Under the pieces are notes generated by a model. That model was not told the DNA's origin. It did no database searches and saw only the letters and a list, made by a program, of their open reading frames with translations. This document shows positions 49,222 to 61,400 of a DNA stretch of 64,000 nt, piece by piece. Within the stretch, counting starts at the first letter, position 1. The number at the start of each line of letters is the position of its first letter. Source of the DNA: Eledone cirrhosa (Eukaryota). The position numbers were made by a program, and so were the translations under genes. Location of the stretch: the NCBI GenBank assembly GCA_964016885.1, contig OZ024750.1:54188001-54252000 (forward strand). The letters run 5' to 3'.

Positions 49222-49430
49222 CAATCATCATCGTTTAACATCCATCTTCTATGTTACCATGGGTAGGACAGGCATTTCTTTTGTGAGGGATCAGGTCGGC
49301 TGACCGTGATTCGCTCATACAGAACTGATTTTGGCTTGGTTTCTATGGCTGGTTGTCCTTCCTAACGCCAACCATATTTACAGTGTGTGCTGGGTACTTT
49401 ATTGCTGTGTCACATACACAACAATTTTAC
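49222..49430 (-). mobile_element. 3' part of an RTE-derived SINE that runs directly into the satellite
   Basis: catcatcgtttaac tail, ggtcggctgacc, ctgg..g.ccttcctaac module in the same order as 15175-15350. Confidence 0.85.
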
Positions 49431-52400
49431 AGCATGGACTGGGTGCTCGCTTTTGTCATGATACCTACATGACCACTTTACAGTGTGGACTGGGTGCTTG
49501 TTTTTGTCATGATACCTACATGACCACTTTACAGCATGGACTGGGTGCTTGCTTTTGTCATGACACCGACATGGCCACTTTACAGTGTGGACTGGGTGCT
49601 TGCTTTTGTCATGACACCGACATGACCACTTTACAGTGTGGACTGGGTGCTTGCTTTTGTCATGATACCTACATGACCACTTTACAGCATGGACTGGGTG
49701 CTTGTTTTGTCATGATACCGACATGACCACTTTACAGTGTGGACTGGGTGCTCGCTTTTGTCATGATACCTACATGACCACTTTACAGTGTGGACAGAGT
49801 GCTTGCTTTTGTCATGATACCGACATGACCACTTTACAGTGTGGACTGGGTGCTTGCTTTTGTCATGACACCGACATGGCCACTTTACAGTGTGGACTGG
49901 GTGCTTGCTTTTGTCATGACACCGACATGACCACTTTACAGTGTGGACTGGGTGCTTGCTTTTGTCATGATACCTACATGACCACTTTACAGCATGGACT
50001 GGGTGCTTGTTTTGTCATGATACCGACATGACCACTTTACAGTGTGGACTGGGTGCTCGCTTTTGTCATGATACCTACATGACCACTTTACAGTGTGGAC
50101 AGAGTGCTTGCTTTTGTCATGATACCGACATGACCACTTTACAGTGTGGACTGGGTGCTTGCTTTTGTCATGACACCGACATGGCCACTTTACAGTGTGG
50201 ACTGGGTGCTTGCTTTTGTCATGACACCGACATGACCACTTTACAGTGTGGACTGGGTGCTTGCTTTTGTCATGATACCTACATGACCACTTTACAGCAT
50301 GGACTGGGTGCTTGTTTTGTCATGATACCGACATGACCACTTTACAGTGTGGACTGGGTGCTCGCTTTTGTCATGATACCTACATGACCACTTTACAGTG
50401 TGGACAGAGTGCTTGCTTTTGTCATGATACCTACATGACCACTTTACAGTGTGGACTGGGTGCTTGCTTTTGTCATGATACCGACATGACTACTATAGTG
50501 TGGGCTGGGTGCTCGCTTTTGTCATGATACCTACATGACCACTTTACAGTGTGGACTGGGTGCTTGCTTTTGTCATGACACCGACATGGCCACTTTACAG
50601 TGTGGACTGGGTGCTTGCTTTTGTCATGACACCGACATGACCACTTTACAGTGTGGACTGGGTGCTTGCTTTTGTCATGATACCGACATGACCACTTTAC
50701 AGTGTGGACTGGGTGCTTGCTTTTGTCATGACACCGACATGGCCACTTTACAGTGTGGACTAGGTGCTTGCTTTTGTCATGATACCGACATGACCACTTT
50801 ACAGTGTGGACTGGGTGCTTGCTTTTGTCATGATACCGACATGACCACTTTACAGTGTGGGCTGGGTGCTTGCTTTTGTCATGATACCGACATGACCACT
50901 TTACAGTGTGGGCTGGGTGCTTGCTTTTGTCATGATACCGACATGACCACTTTACAGTGTGGACTGGGTGCTTGCTTTTGTCATGACACCGACATGACCA
51001 CTTTACAGTGTGGACTGGGTGCTTGCTTTTGTCATGATACCGACATGACCACTTTACAGTGTGGGCTGGGTGCTTGCTTTTGTCATGATACCGACATGAC
51101 CACTTTACAGTGTGGGCTGGGTGCTTGCTTTTGTCATGATACCGACATGACCACTTTACAGTGTGGGCTGGGCTCTTTTGTCATGACACCGACATGACCA
51201 CTTTACAGTGTGGACTGGGTGCTTGCTTTTGTCATGACACCGACATGACCACTTTACAGTGTGGACTGGGTGCTTGCTTTTGTCATGATACCGACATGAT
51301 CACTTTACAGTGTGGACTGGGTGCTTTCTTTTGTCATGACACCAACATGACCACTTTACAGTGTGGACTGGGTGCTTGCTTTTGTCATGAAACCTACATG
51401 ACCACTTTACAGTGTGGACTGGGTGCTTGCTTTTGTCATGACACCGACATGACCACTTTACAGTGTGGACTGGGTGCTTGCTTTTGTCATGATACCTACA
51501 TGACCACTTTACAGTGTGGACTGGGTGCTTGCTTTTGTCATGATACCTACATGACCACTTTACAGTGTGGACTGGGTGCTTGCTTTTGTCATGATACCTA
51601 CATGACCACTTTACAGTGTGGACTGGGTGCTTGTTTTGTCATGATACCTACATGACCACTTTACAGTGTGGACTGGGTGCTTGCTTTTGTCATGATACCT
51701 ATATGACCACTTTACAGTGTGGGCTGGGTGCTTGCTTTTGTCATGATACCTACATGACCACTTTACAGTGTGGACTGGGTGCTTGCTTTTGTCATGATAC
51801 CTACATGACCACTTTACAGTGTGGGCTGGGTGCTTGCTTTTGTCATGATACCTACATGACCACTATAGTGTGGACTGGGTGCTTGCTTTTGTCATGAAAC
51901 CCACATGACCACTTTACAGTGTGGGCTGGGTGCTTGCTTTTGTCATGATACCTACATGACCACTTTACAGTGTGGACTGGGTGCTTGCTTTTGTCATGAT
52001 ACCGACATGACCACTTTACAGTGTGGACTGGGTGCTTGCTTTTGTCATGATACCGACATGACCACTTTACAGTGTGGACTGGGTGCTTGCTTTTGTCATG
52101 ATACCGACATGACCACTTTACAGTGTGGACTGGGTACTTGCTTTTGTCATGATACCGACATGACCACTTTACAGTGTGGACTGGGTGCTTGCTTTTGTCA
52201 TGACACCGACATGACCACTTTACAGTGTGGACTGAGTGCTTGCTTTTGTCATGATACTGACATGACCACTTTACAGTGTGGACTGGGTGCTTGCTTTTGT
52301 CATGACACCGACATGGCCACTTTACAGTGTGGACTGGGTGCTTTCTTTTGTCATGAAACCTACATGACCACTTTACAGTGTGGACTGGGTGCTTGCTTTT

Positions 52401-55400
52401 GTCATGACACCGACATGGCCACTTTACAGTGTGGACTGGGTGCTTGCTTTTGTCATGACACCGACATGACCACTTTACAGTGTGGACTGGGTGCTTGCTT
52501 TTGTCATGACACCGACATGGCCACTTTACAGTGTGGACTAGGTGCTTGCTTTTGTCATGACACCGACATGACCGCTTTACAGTGTGGGCTGGGTGCTTGC
52601 TTTTGTCATGATACCTACATGACCACTTTACAGTGTGGACTGGGTGCTTGCTTTTGTCATGAAACCTACATGACCACTTTACAGTGTGGACTGGGTGCTT
52701 GCTTTTGTCATGATACCGACATGCTCACTTTACAGTGTGGACTGGGTGCTTTCTTTTGTCATGACACCGACATGACCACTTTACAGTGTGGACTGGGTGC
52801 TCGCTTTTGTCATGATACTGACATGACCACTTTACAGTGTGGACTGGGTGCTTTCTTTTGTCATGATACCGACATGACCACTTTACAGTGTGGACTGGGT
52901 GCTTGCTTTTGTCATGATACCGACATGACCACTTTACAGTGTGGGCTGGGCTCTTTTGTCATGACACCGACATGACCACTTTACAGTGTGGACTGGGTGC
53001 TTGCTTTTGTCATGACACCGACATGACCACTTTACAGTGTGGACTGGGTGCTTGCTTTTGTCATGATACCGACATGATCACTTTACAGTGTGGACTGGGT
53101 GCTTTCTTTTGTCATGATACCGACATGACCACTTTACAGTGTGGACTGGGTGCTTTCTTTTGTCATGATACCGACATGACCACTTTACAGTGTGGACTGG
53201 GTGCTTGCTTTTGTCATGATACCGACATGACCACTTTACAGTGTGGGCTGGGCTCTTTTGTCATGACACCGACATGACCACTTTACAGTGTGGACTGGGT
53301 GCTTGCTTTTGTCATGACACCGACATGACCACTTTACAGTGTGGACTGGGTGCTTGCTTTTGTCATGATACCGACATGATCACTTTACAGTGTGGACTGG
53401 GTGCTTTCTTTTGTCATGACACCGACATGACCACTTTACAGTGTGGACTGGGTGCTTGCTTTTGTCATGAAACCTACATGACCACTTTACAGTGTGGACT
53501 GGGTGCTTGCTTTTGTCATGACACCGACATGACCACTTTACAGTGTGGACTGGGTGCTTGCTTTTGTCATGACACCGACATGACCACTTTACAGTGTGGA
53601 CTGGGTGCTTGCTTTTGTCATGACACCGACATGACCACTTTACAGTGTGGACTGGGTGCTTGCTTTTGTCATGATACCGACATGATCACTTTACAGTGTG
53701 GACTGGGTGCTTTCTTTTGTCATGACACCGACATGACCACTTTACAGTGTGGACTGGGTGCTTGCTTTTGTCATGAAACCTATATAACCACTTTACAGTG
53801 TGGACTGGGTGCTTGCTTTTGTCATGACACCGACATGACCACTTTACAGTGTGGACTGGGTGCTTGCTTTTGTCATGACACCGACATGACCACTTTACAG
53901 TGTGGACTGGGTGCTTGCTTTTGTCATGACACCGACATGACCACTTTACAGTGTGGACTGGGTGCTTGCTTTTGTCATGAAACCGACATGACCACTTTAC
54001 AGTGTGGACTGGGTGCTTGCTTTTGTCATGATACCTACATGACCACTTTACAGTGTGGACTGGGTGGTTGCTTTTGTCATGATACCTACATGACCACTTT
54101 ACAGTGTGGACTGGGTGCTTGCTTTTGTCATGATACCTACATGACCACTTTACAGTGTGGACTGGGTGGTTGCTTTTGTCATGATACCGACATGACCACT
54201 TTACAGTGTGGACTGGGTGCTTGCTTTTGTCATGATACCTACATGACCACTTTACAGTGTGGACTGGGTGCTTGCTTTTGTCATGACACCGACATGGCCA
54301 CTTTACAGTGTGGGCTGGGTGCTTGCTTTTGTCATGATACCTACATGACCACTTTACAGTGTGGACTGGGTGCTTGCTTTTGTCATGATACCTACATGAC
54401 CACTTTACAGTGTGGGCTGGGCTCTTTTGTCATGATACCGACATGACAACTTTACAGTGTGGACTGGGTGCTTGCTTTTGTCATGATACCTACATGACCA
54501 CTATAGTGTGGACTGGGTGCTTGCTTTTTTCGCGATACCTACATGACCCCTTTACAGTGTGGACTGGGTGCTTGCTTTTGTCATGAAACCCACATGACCA
54601 CTTTACAGTGTGGGCTGGGTGCTTGCTTTTGTCATGATACCTACATGACCACTTTACAGTGTGGGCTGGGTGCTTGCTTTTGTCATGATACCTACATGAC
54701 CACTTTACAGTGTGGACTGGGTGCTTGCTTTTGTCATGATACCGACATGACCACTTTACAGTGTGGACTGGGTGCTTGCTTTTGTCATGATACCGACATG
54801 ACCACTTTACAGTGTGGACTGGGTGCTTGCTTTTTTCGCGATACCTACATGACCCCTTTACAGTGTGGACTGGGTGCTTGCTTTTGTCATGAAACCCACA
54901 TGACCACTATAGTGTGGACTGGGTGCTTGCTTTTGTCATGAAACCCACATGACCACTTTACAGTGTGGGCTGGGTGCTTGCTTTTGTCATGATACCTACA
55001 TGACCACTTTACAGTGTGGACTGGGTGCTTGCTTTTGTCATGATACCGACATGACCACTTTACAGTGTGGACTGGGTGCTTGCTTTTGTCATGATACCGA
55101 CATGACCACTTTACAGTGTGGACTGGGTGCTTGCTTTTGTCATGATACCGACATGACCACTTTACAGTGTGGACTGGGTACTTGCTTTTGTCATGATACC
55201 GACATGACCACTTTACAGTGTGGACTGGGTGCTTGCTTTTGTCATGACACCGACATGACCACTTTACAGTGTGGACTGAGTGCTTGCTTTTGTCATGATA
55301 CTGACATGACCACTTTACAGTGTGGACTGGGTGCTTGCTTTTGTCATGACACCGACATGGCCACTTTACAGTGTGGACTGGGTGCTTTCTTTTGTCATGA

Positions 55401-58400
55401 CGCCGACATGACCACTTTACAGTGTGGACTGGGTGCTTGCTTTTGTCATGACACCGACATGGCCACTTTACAGTGTGGACTGGGTGCTTGCTTTTGTCAT
55501 GACACCGACATGACCACTTTACAGTGTGGACTGGGTGCTTGCTTTTGTCATGACACCGACATGGCCACTTTACAGTGTGGACTAGGTGCTTGCTTTTGTC
55601 ATGACACCGACATGACCGCTTTACAGTGTGGGCTGGGTGCTTGCTTTTGTCATGATACCTACATGACCACTTTACAGTGTGGACTGGGTGCTTGCTTTTG
55701 TCATGAAACCTACATGACCACTTTACAGTGTGGACTGGGTGCTTGCTTTTGTCATGATACCGACATGCTCACTTTACAGTGTGGACTGGGTGCTTTCTTT
55801 TGTCATGACACCGACATGACCACTTTACAGTGTGGACTGGGTGCTCGCTTTTGTCATGATATTGACATGACCACTTTACAGTGTGGACTGGGTGCTTTCT
55901 TTTGTCATGATACCGACATGACCACTTTACAGTGTGGACTGGGTGCTTGCTTTTGTCATGATACCGACATGACCACTTTACAGTGTGGGCTGGGCTCTTT
56001 TGTCATGACACCGACATGACCACTTTACAGTGTGGACTGGGTGCTTGCTTTTGTCATGACACCGACATGACCACTTTACAGTGTGGACTGGGTGCTTGCT
56101 TTTGTCATGATACCGACATGATCACTTTACAGTGTGGACTGGGTGCTTTCTTTTGTCATGATACCGACATGACCACTTTACAGTGTGGACTGGGTGCTTT
56201 CTTTTGTCATGATACCGACATGACCACTTTACAGTGTGGACTGGGTGCTTGCTTTTGTCATGATACCGACATGACCACTTTACAGTGTGGGCTGGGCTCT
56301 TTTGTCATGACACCGACATGACCACTTTACAGTGTGGACTGGGTGCTTGCTTTTGTCATGACACCGACATGACCACTTTACAGTGTGGACTGGGTGCTTG
56401 CTTTTGTCATGATACCGACATGATCACTTTACAGTGTGGACTGGGTGCTTTCTTTTGTCATGACACCGACATGACCACTTTACAGTGTGGACTGGGTGCT
56501 TGCTTTTGTCATGAAACCTACATGACCACTTTACAGTGTGGACTGGGTGCTTGCTTTTGTCATGACACCGACATGACCACTTTACAGTGTGGACTGGGTG
56601 CTTGCTTTTGTCATGACACCGACATGACCACTTTACAGTGTGGACTGGGTGCTTGCTTTTGTCATGACACCGACATGACCACTTTACAGTGTGGACTGGG
56701 TGCTTGCTTTTGTCATGATACCGACATGATCACTTTACAGTGTGGACTGGGTGCTTTCTTTTGTCATGACACCGACATGACCACTTTACAGTGTGGACTG
56801 GGTGCTTGCTTTTGTCATGAAACCTACATAACCACTTTACAGTGTGGACTGGGTGCTTGCTTTTGTCATGACACCGACATGACCACTTTACAGTGTGGAC
56901 TGGGTGCTTGCTTTTGTCATGACACCGACATGACCACTTTACAGTGTGGACTGGGTGCTTGCTTTTGTCATGACACCGACATGACCACTTTACAGTGTGG
57001 ACTGGGTGCTTGCTTTTGTCATGAAACCGACATGACCACTTTACAGTGTGGACTGGGTGCTTGCTTTTGTCATGATACCTACATGACCACTTTACAGTGT
57101 GGACTGGGTGGTTGCTTTTGTCATGATACCTACATGACCACTTTACAGTGTGGACTGGGTGCTTGCTTTTGTCATGATACCTACATGACCACTTTACAGT
57201 GTGGACTGGGTGGTTGCTTTTGTCATGATACCGACATGACCACTTTACAGTGTGGACTGGGTGCTTGCTTTTGTCATGATACCTACATGACCACTTTACA
57301 GTGTGGACTGGGTGCTTGCTTTTGTCATGACACCGACATGGCCACTTTACAGTGTGGGCTGGGTGCTTGCTTTTGTCATGATACCTACATGACCACTTTA
57401 CAGTGTGGACTGGGTGCTTGCTTTTGTCATGATACCTACATGACCACTTTACAGTGTGGGCTGGGCTCTTTTGTCATGATACCGACATGACAACTTTACA
57501 GTGTGGACTGGGTGCTTGCTTTTGTCATGATACCTACATGACCACTATAGTGTGGACTGGGTGCTTGCTTTTTTCGCGATACCTACATGACCCCTTTACA
57601 GTGTGGACTGGGTGCTTGCTTTTGTCATGAAACCCACATGACCACTTTACAGTGTGGGCTGGGTGCTTGCTTTTGTCATGATACCTACATGACCACTTTA
57701 CAGTGTGGGCTGGGCTCTTTTGTCATGATACCGACATGACAACTTTACAGTGTGGACTGGGTGCTTGCTTTTGTCATGATACCTACATGACCACTATAGT
57801 GTGGACTGGGTGCTTTCTTTTGTCATGACACCGACATGGCCACTTTACAGTGTGGACTGAGTGCTTGCTTTTGTCATGATACCGACATGGCCACTTTACA
57901 GTGTGGACTGGGTGCTTGCTTTTGTCATGACACCGACATGGCCACTTTACAGTGTGGACTGGGTGCTTGCTTTTGTCATGACACCGACATGACCACTTTA
58001 CAGTGTGGACTGGGTGCTTGCTTTTGTCATGACACCGACATGGCCACTTTACAGTGTGGACTGGGTGCTTGCTTTTGTCATGACACCGACATGACCACTT
58101 TACAGTGTGGACTGGGTGCTTGCTTTTGTCATGACACCGACATGGCCACTTTACAGTGTGGACTAGGTGCTTGCTTTTGTCATGACACCGACATGACCGC
58201 TTTACAGTGTGGACTGGGTGCTTGCTTTTGTCATGATACCTACATGACCACTTTACAGTGTGGGCTGGGTGCTTGCTTTTGTCATGATACCTACATGACC
58301 ACTTTACAGTGTGGACTGGGTGATTGCTTTTGTCATGACACCGACATGACCACTTTACAGTGTGGACTGGGTGCTTGCTTTTGTCATGATACCTACATGA

Positions 58401-61400
58401 CCACTATAGTGTGGACTGGGTGCTTGCTTTTTTCGCGATACCTACATGACCACTTTACAGTGTGGACTGGGTGCTTGCTTTTGTCATGAAACCCACATGA
58501 CCACTTTACAGTGTGGGCTGGGTGCTTGCTTTTGTCATGATACCTACATGACCACTTTACAGTGTGGACTGGGTGCTTGCTTTTGTCATGATACCTACAT
58601 GACCACTTTACAGTGTGGACTGGGTGCTTTCTTTTGTCATGACACCGACATGACCACTTTACAGTGTGGACTGGGTGGTTGCTTTTGTCATGATACCGAC
58701 ATGACCACTTTACAGTGTGGACTGGGTACTTGCTTTTGTCATGATACCGACATGACCACTTTACAGTGTGGACTGGGTACTTGCTTTTGTCATGATACCG
58801 ACATGACCACTTTACAGTGTGGACTGGGTACTTGCTTTTGTCATGATACCCACATGACCACTTTACAGTGTGGACTGGGTGCTTGCTTTTGTCATGATAC
58901 CGACATGACCACTTTACAGTGTGGACTGGGTGCTTGCTTTTGTCATGATACCTACATGACCACTTTACAGTGTGGGCTGGGTACTTGCTTTTGTCATGAT
59001 ACCGACATGACCACTTTACAGTGTGGACTGGGTGCTTGCTTTTGTCATGACACCGACATGACCACTTTACAGTGTGGACTGGGTGCTTGCTTTTGTCATG
59101 ATACCGACATGACCACTTTACAGTGTGGACTGCTGAGTGCTTGCTTTTGTCATGAAACCTACATGACCACTTTACAGTGTGGACTGGGTGCTTGCTTTTG
59201 TCATGATACCGATATGACCACTTTACAGTGTGGACTGGGTGCTTGCTTTTGTCATGATACCGATATGACCACTTTACAGTGTGGACTGGGTGCTCGCTTT
59301 TGTCATGATACCGACATGACCACTTTACAGTGTGGACTGGGTGCTTGCTTTTGTCATGACACCGACATGACCACTTTACAGTGTGGACTGGGTGCTTGCT
59401 TTTGTCATGATACCTACATGACCACTTTACAGTGTGGACTGGGTGCTTGCTTTTGTCATGAAACCTACATGACCACTTTACAGTGTGGACTGGGTGCTTG
59501 CTTTTGTCATGATACCGATATGACCACTTTACAGTGTGGACTGGGTGCTCGCTTTTGTCATGATACCGACATGACCACTTTACAGTGTGGACTGGGTGCT
59601 TGCTTTTGTCATGACACCGACATGACCACTTTACAGTGTGGACTGGGTGCTTGCTTTTGTCATGATACCGACATGACCACTTTACAGTGTGGACTGCTGG
59701 GTGCTTGCTTTTGTCATGAAACCTACATGACCACTTTACAGTGTGGACTGGGTGCTTGCTTTTGTCATGATACCGATATGACCACTTTACAGTGTGGACT
59801 GGGTGCTCGCTTTTGTCATGATACCGACATGACCACTTTACAGTGTGGACTGGGTGCTCGCTTTTGTCATGATACCGACATGACCACTTTACAGTGTGGA
59901 CTGGGTGCTCGCTTTTGTCATGATACCTACATGACCATCATAGTGTGGACTGGGTGCTTGCTTTTGTCATGAAACCTACATGACCACTTTACAGTGTGGA
60001 CTGGGTGCTTGCTTTTGTCATGATACCTACATGACCACTTTACAGTGTGGACTGGGTGCTTGCTTTTGTCATGATACCGACATGACCACTTTACAGTGTG
60101 GACTGGGTGCTTGCTTTTGTCATGATACCGACATGACCACTTTACAGTGTGGGCTGGGTGCTTGCTTTTGTCATGATACCTACATGACCACTTTACAGTG
60201 TGGACTGGGTGCTTGCTTTTGTCATGACACCGACATGACCACTTTACAGTGTGGACTGGGTGCTTGCTTTTGTCATGACACCGACATGACCACTTTACAG
60301 TGTGGACTGGGTGCTTGCTTTTGTCATGACACCGACATGACCACTTTACAGTGTGGACTGGGTGCTTGCTTTTGTCATGATACCTACATGACCACTTTAC
60401 AGTGTGGACTGGGTGCTTGCTTTTGTCATGATACCTACATGACCACTTTACAGTGTGGACTGGGTGCTTGTTTTTGTCATGATACCTACATGACCACTTT
60501 ACAGTGTGGACTGGGTGCTTGCTTTTGTCATGATACCTACATGACCACTTTACAGTGTGGACTGGGTGCTTGTTTTTGTCATGATACCTACATGACCACT
60601 TTACAGTGTGGACTGGGTGCTTGCTTTTGTCATGACACCGACATGACCACTTTACAGTGTGGACTGGGTGATTGCTTTTGTCATGACACCGACATGACCA
60701 CTTTACAGTGTGGACTGGGTGATTGCTTTTGTCATGACACCGACATGACCACTTTACAGTGTGGACTGGGTGTTTGCTTTTGTCATGATACCTACATAAC
60801 CACTTTACAGTGTGGACTGGGTGCTTGCTTTTGTCATGATACCTACATGACCACTTTACAGGGTGGACTGGGTGCTTGCTTTTGTCATGAAACCTACATG
60901 ACCACTTTACAGTGTGGACTGGGTGCTTGCTTTTGTCATGAAACCTACATGACCACTTTACAGTGTGGACTGGGTGCTTGCTTTTGTCATGAAACCTACA
61001 TGACCACTTTACAGTGTGGACTGGGTGCTTGCTTTTGTCATGAATCCTACATGACCACTTTACAGTGTGGGCTGGGTGCTTGCTTTTGTCATGATACCTA
61101 CATGACCACTTTACAGTGTGGACTGGGTGCTTGCTTTTGTCATGAAACCTACATGACCACTTTACAGTGTGGACTGGGTGCTTGCTTTTGTCATGAAACC
61201 CACATGACCACTTTACAGTGTGGGCTGGGTGCTTGCTTTTGTCATGATACCTACATGACCACTTTACAGTGTGGGCTGGGCTCTTTTGTCATGATACCGA
61301 CATGACAACTTTACAGTGTGGACTGGGTGCTTGCTTTTGTCATGATACCGACATGACCACTTTACAGTGTGGACTGGGTGCTTGCTTTTGTCATGAAACC